Origin: an uncultured bacterium | GTDB lineage: Bacteria > Vulcanimicrobiota > CADAWZ01 | Assembly: GCA_902791745.1 (NCBI GenBank) | Contig: CADAWZ010000001.1 | Span: 1-48,567 of the forward strand | Length of the DNA stretch: 48,567 nt | Direction of reading: 5' to 3' | Part shown: piece after piece, positions 29,346 through 39,779 of the stretch | How positions within the stretch are numbered: position 1 is the stretch's first letter | Layout: each line of letters begins with the position of its first letter | The notes under the pieces: generated by a model | What the model saw: the letters and a program-made list of their open reading frames with translations, nothing else | Database searches by the model: none | What the model was told of the DNA's origin: nothing | Made by a program: the position numbers and the translations under genes

Positions 29346-29871
29346 CTTTTTTCTCCATTCCTATTTCTTTAGTATCGAGTTCTTTCATAGGTATTTCTTC
29401 TTTTACTTCTTGATCTGGTTTTACTTCATGGAGATTTGTTGCTAAATCAGAAAAAACTTTTCCATCAAGGTGGTCTGTTTCATGTTGAAATATTCTTGCA
29501 AGTAATCCTGTAGCTTCAATTTCTATATATTCTCCCTTTATATTTTGAGCTTTTACTTTTACTTTTTCTGCTCTTTCAACATCTCCATATATATCAGGAA
29601 GACTTAAACAACCTTCTTCTCCACATTGTGTGCCTTCTTTTTCTGTAATAACAGGATTTATGAGCTGTAGAAGACCATTTCCATCATCTACAACTATAAC
29701 TCTTTTTAATACTCCTACTTGATTTCCAGCCAATCCAACACCATTATTTTTATACATTGTATCAGCCATATCATCAAGTAAATTTTTTATAAATGTATTT
29801 ATTTTTTCTACTTTTTTGGCTTTCTTTCTTAATACATCATCGCCAAGAAGTCTTATAGGTCTTAAAGCCAT
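29335..29871 (-). CDS. def: Peptide deformylase
   Basis: Motifs GVGLAGNQVG, EGCLSLP and HETDHLDG are present. Confidence 0.9.
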   Translation of the reverse strand: MALRPIRLLGDDVLRKKAKKVEKINTFIKNLLDDMADTMYKNNGVGLAGNQVGVLKRVIVVDDGNGLLQLINPVITEKEGTQCGEEGCLSLPDIYGDVERAEKVKVKAQNIKGEYIEIEATGLLARIFQHETDHLDGKVFSDLATNLHEVKPDQEVKEEIPMKELDTKEIGMEKKDEN

Positions 29872-29919
29872 ATTTTTTGCCTTTCAATTTAAATTTTAAC
29901 CATTCGGTCAATTATACAC

Positions 29920-30375
29920 TTAATTTTTTTCACTGTCAATATTTTCATTTTTGACATTTTTTTTCTTTTTCTTTCTTGTTTTCTTTTCTTCTTTTTCTCT
30001 TTTTTCAGCTTTTTTTAATTCTTCAATTAAATTGTTATAATCTATTTCACACTCTTTAGTTATATTTTTCCTCAATTTACTTGTTTCACTTATTATATCC
30101 CAAATACCAATAGCTGTTATACAAATTAAACTTAGTCCTGCTAATACCCATACAAGTAAATTAAAATTATGCTTTTGTAACTCATATATTCCAACTGTTA
30201 TTAATAATGCTGTCAAAAACATTATAAATATTCCTATTTTTCTTCTGACATTGCGAACTCTATTTTGAGGATCAGATAAAGCGATCTTATTTTTATTTTC
30301 ATTTATATTTAACAATGTTGCTGCTATTATTAATATCAATGGAAATATATATTCAGTCATATTTTGAATGGTCAT
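29920..30375 (-). CDS. Small membrane protein with a Lys/Glu-rich C-terminal tail
   Basis: There are three or four predicted TM segments. The tail reads KKAEKREKEEKKTRKKKKKN. Confidence 0.5.
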   Translation of the reverse strand: MTIQNMTEYIFPLILIIAATLLNINENKNKIALSDPQNRVRNVRRKIGIFIMFLTALLITVGIYELQKHNFNLLVWVLAGLSLICITAIGIWDIISETSKLRKNITKECEIDYNNLIEELKKAEKREKEEKKTRKKKKKNVKNENIDSEKN

Positions 30376-30389
30376 ATTGCCTCTAAATT

Positions 30390-32207
30390 TTATCTTATTC
30401 TTCTCATTTTTCTTATTTCTTCTCTGTACAGTTCTATTAACTTATCTGTCATTTTATCTGCTGAGTAAGATTCAGCTATTTTTATACTTTCATTACTCAT
30501 ATTTTTTAATTTTTGATCATCATTTAAAATTTCTAAGACTTTGCTGGCAAATTCATCTCTATCTTCAGATGTTAAATATCCATTTACACCATCTATTATT
30601 GTGTCTGAAGCTCCACAAGCTGAAATAGCTACAACAGGAAGACCTGTTGCCATTGCTTCCAAAAGAGCAAGAGGTTTTACTTCTGTTTTAGATGTCATTA
30701 TAAATAAATCTGAAGCTCCATAATAATTTGGAATGTCTTTATATTCAATTCTTCCTGTGAATATTACTTTATCTTCAAGTTGATGCTCGTTTGCATATTG
30801 TTTTAAATTTTCATATTCTGAACCTTCTCCAACAATCAATAATTTTGAAGATATTTTATCTGAAATTTTCTTGAAAGAATCGAGCATAAATGGAATATTT
30901 TTTTCAGGTGCCATTCTTCCTACATAAATAAGAAGTTTTTCATCATCTTTTATTTCATATTTTTTTCTTATTATTTCTCTATTTGGATTTTGAAAATCAT
31001 CTAAATCTATTGAATTTTTCATGTATATCACATTTTGTGTTATGCCATAGTCATTTTTAATTAAATCAACAATAGCTGTTCCAGGAGTTATTATAACAGA
31101 ACATTTTTTTGTAAATGAGAATACAACGCTTTTTGAGACAGATTTTACAAAGTCTTGAGGTAATGGAATATAATGTGAATACATTTCATATTGAGTGTGA
31201 AATGTAAAAAATAGTGGAACATTTAATTTTGTTGCCCATTTTGCTCCTTCTTCTCCCAATATAAATGGATGATGGCAATGTATTATATCTATCTGGTTCT
31301 CAGACAAAAATTTTTCGGCTTTGGGATAAAATGGCAATGGAATTGGATATTTAACTTTATTTGTTAAATTTAGTGAAGGATATCTAAAAACATTTTCATC
31401 TTTCGGATCTTCATAATCTTGAAAATTTGGTGCAAATATATATACATTATGACCTTTTTTCTGCAAGTTTTTCCTCATTAAATCAATACAATTTACAACT
31501 CCACTTATTATAGGTTTATAGGCATTTGTAAATATTGCAATATTGAGAGATTTTGATGTTTCATCACTTTTTATAAAAGGTGGTATATCTATAGAATTAT
31601 TTGATTCTGGTGTTTCTAAAGAATTTTCACTTATTTTTGATATTTCTTGTTCTATTATTCCACAGATTATATGAATTATTATTCCATGAAGTTCTTGAAT
31701 TCTACAAGTTCTTGAAGACGGTACTTTTATTTTAATATCAGAATAAATGTCTACCTTTCCATTTGAAGAACCAGAAAACGATATTGTTTTTATTCCTTTT
31801 TCTTTTGCAAATTTTAATGCTTCAACTATATTTTCAGAATTTCCAGATGTAGTTATTCCGATTAATACATCTTCTTTTTTCCCCAATGCTTCAACTTGTC
31901 TTTTGTATATATTTGCAAATGAATAATCATTTGCAATTGATGTTATATTTGATGTATCTGTTGAAAGTGCTATTGCTGGCATTCCTTTTCTATTCTTTTC
32001 AAATCTGCCAACTAATTCAGCGGCCATGTGCTGTGAATCAGCTGCACTTCCTCCATTTCCGCAGATCATAACTTTTCCGCCTGAAATTATTGAATTTAAA
32101 ATTAATTCAGAAGCTCTTTCTATATCTTTTCTTATTAAAAAAAGTAACCCTGTTGCTTGAAATGCTTCTCTTATTTCTGATGTTATGTAATTATTATAAT
32201 CTCTCAT
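30390..32207 (-). CDS. Fusion of a SIS-domain phosphoheptose isomerase (GmhA-like) and a GT4 glycosyltransferase
   Basis: The N-terminal 190 aa carry ICGNGGSAADSQHMAAELVGRF, STDTS and ITTSGNSENI, i.e. a full GmhA-like SIS domain. The C-terminal roughly 390 aa carry TEVKPLALLEAMATGLPVVA, the GT4 E-x7-E region. Confidence 0.75.
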   Translation of the reverse strand: MRDYNNYITSEIREAFQATGLLFLIRKDIERASELILNSIISGGKVMICGNGGSAADSQHMAAELVGRFEKNRKGMPAIALSTDTSNITSIANDYSFANIYKRQVEALGKKEDVLIGITTSGNSENIVEALKFAKEKGIKTISFSGSSNGKVDIYSDIKIKVPSSRTCRIQELHGIIIHIICGIIEQEISKISENSLETPESNNSIDIPPFIKSDETSKSLNIAIFTNAYKPIISGVVNCIDLMRKNLQKKGHNVYIFAPNFQDYEDPKDENVFRYPSLNLTNKVKYPIPLPFYPKAEKFLSENQIDIIHCHHPFILGEEGAKWATKLNVPLFFTFHTQYEMYSHYIPLPQDFVKSVSKSVVFSFTKKCSVIITPGTAIVDLIKNDYGITQNVIYMKNSIDLDDFQNPNREIIRKKYEIKDDEKLLIYVGRMAPEKNIPFMLDSFKKISDKISSKLLIVGEGSEYENLKQYANEHQLEDKVIFTGRIEYKDIPNYYGASDLFIMTSKTEVKPLALLEAMATGLPVVAISACGASDTIIDGVNGYLTSEDRDEFASKVLEILNDDQKLKNMSNESIKIAESYSADKMTDKLIELYREEIRKMRRIR

Positions 32208-32376
32208 AAAATAATTTCCTAAGTGTAAATTAATTTTTACAAATTTCTTTATTTAATCTTATTTTCCCTTTAAAAAAGGATTTATATAATATTTGAAAGA
32301 AATTATTCTATTCAATTTATTATATATTTCAAAAAATATAAAAATCAAATTATTTACTAAAAAAGGCTGGGTACTT

Positions 32377-32898
32377 ATGTTTAAAAGAGTCAACCAAAAA
32401 ACTAAACCTAAAGAAATGAAAAAAACATACAATGCAAAGCCTTCTAAGTATATATTAATTATGGGTTCTCTTTTGCTTGTTTATCTTTTCTTCTTTCTAA
32501 AGGATATGATGTTGTATGAAAAAATACCACCTATAGACGAAGGACGAATTGTTATCACGGCAACTCTTGGTACTTCATTTCTATTAATTTTTATATCAAC
32601 ATTATTGGTATTACTTAGTAACTCAAATAAAACAATTGTTTTAACTCCAATTTATTGTGAATATTCAAATGGTAATATTCGTTTTAACACCCATTGGCGT
32701 GAATTGCAACCTGAAAGTTCAAGTTTTTTAGGCTATAAATGGCTTATTTTAAATGGAGTAATTCCTGATAAAAAAGGAAATAGGAAAGATATAACAGCTT
32801 ATGTTGATTCTATATTTTTTAAGGAATATGACGACATGCTTAATCTTATTAATAAAGCAACAGCTACAGTTGCAAAATCTGCTATAGATATTTCTTAA
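32377..32898 (+). CDS. Hypothetical membrane protein
   Basis: There are two TM segments. The start is taken at the ATG at 32377 (MFKRVNQ); the track's TTG start at 32293 is less likely. Confidence 0.45.
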   Translation: MFKRVNQKTKPKEMKKTYNAKPSKYILIMGSLLLVYLFFFLKDMMLYEKIPPIDEGRIVITATLGTSFLLIFISTLLVLLSNSNKTIVLTPIYCEYSNGNIRFNTHWRELQPESSSFLGYKWLILNGVIPDKKGNRKDITAYVDSIFFKEYDDMLNLINKATATVAKSAIDIS

Positions 32899-32938
32899 AG
32901 AATGAATTTTTATTGATATTAATTTGTGAGGCTTTGAT

Positions 32939-33604
32939 ATGGAGTCTATTTATATACCAGAAATAACACAGTCTATGCCAGGATATATAGAAGGTGGAAC
33001 TGTTTTTAAAAAGGATTCTGACTCTTTTGATTTGAGGATTTCATTAGTTGGAGTTCATCCTTCTGATGAGAAAAAACTTGGTTGTTTTGATGGATATTCT
33101 GCAACAGTTTTACTTCATCCTAAGACTGATTTTAAGCATTTTGCTAATTTGTCTCCAGAAGCAAGAAATGATTTTAGAAAGCAATCTGAATATGCGGGTA
33201 TATGTGCTTCACTTGCTATGATGCCATGGCAAAATACAGATATTGTCTTGGTTGTTGATCATGCTGGAGAATTAATTTCAAGATTTGTATATACTATGAA
33301 GGAAAAAACTGCTGTAGAAGCAAGAAGGGATAAAGTTAAAAATTCTGATGGTACTGTTACAGTTAAAAAAGTTGAATTTTATCCTGATATTGATTTTACA
33401 GATAAAAATATTTATATTTTAGATGAGTTTATAGGTTCTGGTTATACATTGAGAATAATAATTGATGCTGTACATAAAAAGGGCGGAAGAGTAAATGGCA
33501 TTGGAGTAATAGCTACTATTGAAGATAAAATAGAATACCTTTCTTCTCATCCATATAGTATGATTCCTATAAGAACATTGACAGGTAGTATAGGGAAGAA
33601 ATAA
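32939..33604 (+). CDS. Phosphoribosyltransferase-domain protein with an unrecognised N-terminal half
   Basis: IYILDEFIGSGYTLRIIIDAV matches the type I PRTase PRPP-binding loop pattern. Confidence 0.5.
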   Translation: MESIYIPEITQSMPGYIEGGTVFKKDSDSFDLRISLVGVHPSDEKKLGCFDGYSATVLLHPKTDFKHFANLSPEARNDFRKQSEYAGICASLAMMPWQNTDIVLVVDHAGELISRFVYTMKEKTAVEARRDKVKNSDGTVTVKKVEFYPDIDFTDKNIYILDEFIGSGYTLRIIIDAVHKKGGRVNGIGVIATIEDKIEYLSSHPYSMIPIRTLTGSIGKK

Positions 33605-33627
33605 AATTAAATATATTAAATTTTTTG

Positions 33628-33674
33628 AATCTCAGATTTAGGGCTATTAATTATTATGTCTAAAATCTGAGATT
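33628..33674. other. 12-bp perfect inverted repeat with a 23-nt loop upstream of tgt
   Basis: AATCTCAGATTT 33628-33639 pairs with AAATCTGAGATT 33663-33674. No flanking U-tract is present. Confidence 0.6.
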
Positions 33675-33703
33675 TGGCATATATTTGACTAATTATAACA
33701 TAG

Positions 33704-34846
<1,143 letters not shown>

Positions 34847-34898
34847 AGAAAATTATAAAATAAATATATTTATTTAATTTTATAGAAAGGGGAAATTT

Positions 34899-36161
34899 AT
34901 GACTAAGCAAGTCAAAAATTGGATTTATTTGCTTATTGTTATCGTTATAACAGTTGCAAGTTGTTTTTTAATTTACAATCCAAATACAAAAAAAGTAAAT
35001 ATAAAACTCGGTCTTGATTTGAGATCTGGAACACATATAGCAGTTCAATTATTGCCTACTATAGATTATTCTACAAATCAACCTATACCTATTACAGATG
35101 ATATTATTGAAAACTCTATAGGTGTTTTTGAAAAGCGTTTGAACCCAGAAGGCAATAAGGAAATTTTGATTCAAAAAGAGGGCGAAGACCGTCTTATTAT
35201 TGAAATTCCTGAAGAGACAGATGTTAGAAGAGCAGAAGAACTTGTAAAAAAAGTTGGTCTTTTGGAATTTAAAGAACAAGATATTAGATCAAATAGATGG
35301 AAAACTGTATTAACTGGAGCAGATTTAAAACCAAATTCAGCAAAAGTTGGAATAGATCAGGCTGGAAAATCTTATGTTTCTTTAGAATTTAACCAAAAAG
35401 GTGCAAAAAGATTTGGTGAGGTTACAAAAAGGAATATCAAAAGACCTATAGCAATTTATTTTGATAAAAAGGAGATAAGCGCTCCTGTTGTTCAGCAAGC
35501 TATTTTAACTGGAAGTTGTACAATAAGCGGTGAGAACATGACTCCTGAAGAATGCGAAAATTTAAGAGTTTTGATGAATTCGGGTTCTCTAAGGGCAAAT
35601 GTTAAAATTCTTGAAAGCATGACAGTTGATCCTATGTTGGGACAAAAGTCTTTGACATCGAGCCTTGAAGCTGGAATTGTTGGTCTTATAATAGTTGGTT
35701 TATTTATGCTTTATTATTACAGACTTCCAGGTCTTACAGCTGATTTAGCATTGATTGTTTATACAATAGTAAGTCTTGCGACAATGGTTGTTGGTGGATT
35801 TGTAATGACTCTTCCTGGTATTGCTGGATTTATTCTTGCAATCGGTATGGCGGTCGATGCAAATGTTCTAATTTTTGAGAGAATCAAAGAAGAACTTTGG
35901 GATGAAAAAAGTCTTGAAAAATCCATAGATATTGGATTTAAGAGAGCTTTTGTATCTATTTTAGATAGCCATGTTACCACATTTATTGGAGCTTGGATCA
36001 TCTATGCCCTTGGAGCTACTTCAATGAAAGGTTTTGGTCTAACTTTGATGATAGGTACTTTCTGGAGTCTTATAACCAATACAGCTGGAACAAAAGTATT
36101 TTTAGATACATTTTTCCTAAATAATATTTTTACAAATAATAGAAAAATGTATGGTGAATAG
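34899..36161 (+). CDS. secD: Protein translocase subunit SecD
   Basis: The LGLDLRSGTH start of the periplasmic domain is present. The six-TM architecture includes AGFILAIGMAVDANVLIFERIKEE. Confidence 0.88.
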   Translation: MTKQVKNWIYLLIVIVITVASCFLIYNPNTKKVNIKLGLDLRSGTHIAVQLLPTIDYSTNQPIPITDDIIENSIGVFEKRLNPEGNKEILIQKEGEDRLIIEIPEETDVRRAEELVKKVGLLEFKEQDIRSNRWKTVLTGADLKPNSAKVGIDQAGKSYVSLEFNQKGAKRFGEVTKRNIKRPIAIYFDKKEISAPVVQQAILTGSCTISGENMTPEECENLRVLMNSGSLRANVKILESMTVDPMLGQKSLTSSLEAGIVGLIIVGLFMLYYYRLPGLTADLALIVYTIVSLATMVVGGFVMTLPGIAGFILAIGMAVDANVLIFERIKEELWDEKSLEKSIDIGFKRAFVSILDSHVTTFIGAWIIYALGATSMKGFGLTLMIGTFWSLITNTAGTKVFLDTFFLNNIFTNNRKMYGE

Positions 36162-36175
36162 AGGAGGGATAAGAA

Positions 36176-37942
36176 ATGACTTTTGATATTTTTTCAAATA
36201 CAAATTCAAGTAATTGGATTATTATGATTTGTATAATTCTTGCCCTTACTGGTCTTTCTATTTATACAACAAGGTTTCGTAAAAATCCATTAAAGATAAT
36301 TGATAATAAAAATTGGTTTTTAACAATTTCTGGTCTTATATGCGTGATTCTTTTAGGTGTGATTATCTATAAATTTTCAACTAAGACAATGAATTTTTCT
36401 CTTGAATTCACTGGTGGAACAATGATTGAAATAGGTTTTCCACAATCAATTGAAAAAAGCAAAATATCTGAGATTATTACAAAATCTGTTAATTCTTATA
36501 ATGAGGAGATGAAAGCCAAAGGGTTGCTTGACAAAGAATTAAAAACTCCTACAGTTCAGCCAGAAGGTTCTCCAAGAATTATGGAATACCAAAATGATAT
36601 GAATACCATAAATATGGTTTTGGCAAAAAAGAATGGTACTTTAACTAAAGAAGAAGTAAAAGGACTTTCAGCTGTTTTATTTAGTCGTCTTCCTAAAATA
36701 AGAGTTGATGAAAATTCTATTGTTGAAGAAAATGGAAAAGTAAAATATTCTTTCGATGTAGAAACATCACAAGAACTTTTTACAACAGAAGAACTTGATT
36801 CTGAAGAAACATCTACAGAACAAGTAGAACAACCAAAAGATGAAAAAGCAAACAAAGATGAAGAACAAAAAGAAGTAAAAAGAATAGTTGTTCTTGCTGA
36901 TCCAAAGAATTTTGAAGATATTCTTACTTCATTTAATGAGAATTTAGTTTTAGATTCAGTTACTGTTTCCAATCCACATAAGGTTGATGCTAAAGATACA
37001 TTCAATGCTGCATTTGTCAGAATTGCAACAGTTTCTTCTGGTAAAAAAGTAGAAGATAAACCTGAAGAGAATGTAAAAAATAAAGTTACTGAAGATGATG
37101 TAGGCTTAGGAGATACTGAAATTTCTCATTTACTTGTAAAAGTAACTGAAAATTCAGGAAATTTGTATATCTTCAAAAAAGAAAGTATAGGTCCTTCAAT
37201 TGGTAAAGAACTTTCAAGTAAAGCATTACTTGCTCTTGTTGTTGCCCTTGTTCTTCAATTAGTTTATATTACAATAAGATTTAACAAAAAATGGCATTAT
37301 GGTGCAGTTGCAGATATAGGTCTTTTCCACGATTTGGTTTTGATGTTAGGTATCTATGCATTAATGGATCTTGAATTTGATTCTCCATTTGTATCTGCTA
37401 TGATGACGATTATAGGATATTCTGTTATGAATTCTATCGTTATTTTTGATAGAATAAGAGAAAATTTGAGATTCCTTGCTGGAAAGTCATTCCCAGAAAT
37501 TGCAAATACTTCTTGTAACCAAACTATGACAAGAAGTGTCAATACAACATTGACTGTTTTGATTACATTATTTGCACTTTATTTCTTTGGTGGAGCAACA
37601 TTAAAGAATTTTGCTTTTGCTCTTTTGATAGGTTGTACAGCTGGTGCTTATTCTTCAATATTCCTTGTTCCTTCTTTACTTGCTTTATTTGAGACTTTTG
37701 TAAAGAATAATACTGCTTTTGAAACAGAAGAGGAAATAGAAGCCAGAAAAGAGGCAGTAGAAGAAAGAAGACTAAAAAGACTTGCTAAGAAAAGAGCAGA
37801 AGAATTAGCAGAAGAACTTCCTCCAGAAAATGAAGATGATTATATTGATAAACCTAAAAAAGCAAGAAAAGAAGAGTCTGATGACGATGAAGAAGAAAGA
37901 CCAGCAAGAAGAAAAAGAATTATAAGAAGAAAAAGAAGATAA
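36176..37942 (+). CDS. secF: Protein translocase subunit SecF, unusually long (588 aa)
   Basis: Motifs FSLEFTGGTMIEIGF and IGYSVMNSIVIFDRIRE are present. The periplasmic region is expanded to about 270 aa and the charged C-terminal tail is about 80 aa. Confidence 0.85.
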   Translation: MTFDIFSNTNSSNWIIMICIILALTGLSIYTTRFRKNPLKIIDNKNWFLTISGLICVILLGVIIYKFSTKTMNFSLEFTGGTMIEIGFPQSIEKSKISEIITKSVNSYNEEMKAKGLLDKELKTPTVQPEGSPRIMEYQNDMNTINMVLAKKNGTLTKEEVKGLSAVLFSRLPKIRVDENSIVEENGKVKYSFDVETSQELFTTEELDSEETSTEQVEQPKDEKANKDEEQKEVKRIVVLADPKNFEDILTSFNENLVLDSVTVSNPHKVDAKDTFNAAFVRIATVSSGKKVEDKPEENVKNKVTEDDVGLGDTEISHLLVKVTENSGNLYIFKKESIGPSIGKELSSKALLALVVALVLQLVYITIRFNKKWHYGAVADIGLFHDLVLMLGIYALMDLEFDSPFVSAMMTIIGYSVMNSIVIFDRIRENLRFLAGKSFPEIANTSCNQTMTRSVNTTLTVLITLFALYFFGGATLKNFAFALLIGCTAGAYSSIFLVPSLLALFETFVKNNTAFETEEEIEARKEAVEERRLKRLAKKRAEELAEELPPENEDDYIDKPKKARKEESDDDEEERPARRKRIIRRKRR

Positions 37943-37964
37943 TACATAATTATTTAATTAGTAA

Positions 37965-38010
37965 AAAAACGGAATCTGTTTTCTTTGCAGATTCCGTTTT
38001 TATTTTTTTT
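37965..38010 (+). terminator. Intrinsic terminator after secF
   Basis: AAAAACGGAATCTG 37965-37978 pairs with CAGATTCCGTTTTT 37988-38001, followed by ATTTTTTTT. Confidence 0.85.
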
Positions 38011-38093
38011 AAATATATTTAAAATTCCATCAAAAACTTAGATATTATATTTAATCTATAATATGTTTATTAATTATTATTTATCAATCTATA

Positions 38094-39524
38094 TTATTTA
38101 GAACTAGGTTTACCTAAGAGGCGAAACATATTCTTTTTGTATGCTTCAACACCAGGCTGGTTAAATGGGTTTACATTTCCCATATATCCACTTACTCCAC
38201 AGGCATATTCAAACATATAGAATAGGTAACCCAAATAGTATTCATCTATTTCAGGGACAACAAATGTCATGTTTGGAACTCCACCGTCTTTGTGGGCTTC
38301 AGCTGTACCTTTTAGAGCAGTTCTGTTAACATATCTTAATGTTTTGCCTTCGAGATATCCAAGACCGTCATCATTTGTTTCAGCATGTGGAACTTTAATA
38401 TCGTATTTGCCACTTTCTACATCAATAAATGTTTCCATCAACATTCTTTCGCCTTCTTGAATATATTGTCCCATAGAGTGAAGATCTGTTGAGAAATCAA
38501 GACTGTCAGGGTAAATACCTCTGTTTTCTTTTCCTTCACTTTCTCCATAGAGTTGTTTCCACCATTCGCCAAAATAGTGAAGTCCATCTTCAAATGTTGA
38601 CATTATTTCAACTTTTTTGCCTTTTTTGTAAAGAATATTTCTGAGAGCTACATATAAGCAGGCTATATTCTTCTTAATGTCATCTTCTTTTGCATCTTCT
38701 CTTGCATCTTTTGCACCTTGAAGCATTGCCTTTATATCCATTCCAGTTGCAGATATTGGGAGAAGACCAACTGGTGTAAGTACACTGTAACGACCACCAA
38801 CATCATCAGGAACAATGAATCTCTTCCAGCCTTTTGAATCTGCAAGTGTTTTCAATGCACCTTTTTTAGAATCTGTTGTTGCAATTATTCTCTTATTTGC
38901 TTCTGCTTCGCCAACAGCGTCTTTTAATGCTTCATAGATTACTCTTAAAGCGATTGCTGGCTCTGTTGTTGTTCCAGATTTAGAAATCACATTTACAAAA
39001 ACTCTTTTATTTTTGATAAGATCGAGAAGAGATCTCAAATGTGATGTTGACATATCACAACCTGAATAGCATATTGCAAGACCTTTTGAATTGAGAAGTG
39101 ACAATTCATTTGAATAAGTTCCATTTACAGCAGATATTGCTGCTCTTGCTCCTAAGTAAGAACCACCAATTCCTATTGAAATGAGAATATCGCTTGTTTC
39201 TCTTATTCTCTTTCCTGTTGCTTCTATATCATTGATGAGGTCTTGACTTAAATTCTCAGGAAGATCAAGCCACCCTAAATAATCTTTACCAGCTCCAGAT
39301 TTTTCAACAAGAATTTTTTTTGCTTCTTTTACTTTTGGAATGATATTGTCAATATCATTTCCATTTATGAATGGCATTATATTTTCATAGTTGAGTGTTA
39401 TGCTTTTTTTCATTTTTTTTATACCTTTCTTTCCTGCTACTTCTTTTGCTTCTCCTGTTCCCATAAGAAGTGATAAGCCAGCAACAGTAATAGCACTATT
39501 TATTAAAAATTCTCTTCTTTTCAT
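38094..39524 (-). CDS. pgi: Glucose-6-phosphate isomerase (short bacterial type) with an in-frame Tat-signal-like N-terminal extension
   Basis: Motifs GIGGSYLGA, ISKSGTTTEP, GGRYSVL and ESEGK are present. The ATG at 39524 gives MKRREFLINSAITVAGLSLLMGTGEA. An alternative internal start at 39413 (MKKSITLNYENI) matches canonical Pgi N-termini. Confidence 0.85.
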   Translation of the reverse strand: MKRREFLINSAITVAGLSLLMGTGEAKEVAGKKGIKKMKKSITLNYENIMPFINGNDIDNIIPKVKEAKKILVEKSGAGKDYLGWLDLPENLSQDLINDIEATGKRIRETSDILISIGIGGSYLGARAAISAVNGTYSNELSLLNSKGLAICYSGCDMSTSHLRSLLDLIKNKRVFVNVISKSGTTTEPAIALRVIYEALKDAVGEAEANKRIIATTDSKKGALKTLADSKGWKRFIVPDDVGGRYSVLTPVGLLPISATGMDIKAMLQGAKDAREDAKEDDIKKNIACLYVALRNILYKKGKKVEIMSTFEDGLHYFGEWWKQLYGESEGKENRGIYPDSLDFSTDLHSMGQYIQEGERMLMETFIDVESGKYDIKVPHAETNDDGLGYLEGKTLRYVNRTALKGTAEAHKDGGVPNMTFVVPEIDEYYLGYLFYMFEYACGVSGYMGNVNPFNQPGVEAYKKNMFRLLGKPSSK

Positions 39525-39779
39525 AATTTGCACTTTCCAATTTTTTGCAATGATAATTATAATATTTTTGCTTTTAATAGAATTTCCTTTTTATTATATA
39601 TTCTATAAAACATATTTCCATTAATAGAATCTTACATCACTCAGTATGTTTTTTGAAAATTATTATATTAAAGGGAGATAAAACATTTCTGACGAATTAA
39701 AATAATATATATAAGATACTTTTATAACAATTATTTAATAAGAGTAAAAAATGTTAATGCCTTTGTTTATGGAGAGATA

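Noticed and set aside
33628-33674. The hairpin upstream of tgt as a preQ1 riboswitch
   Set aside because: preQ1 riboswitches are small pseudoknots with a conserved A-rich tail. This is a plain 12-bp perfect inverted repeat with a 23-nt loop and none of those features.
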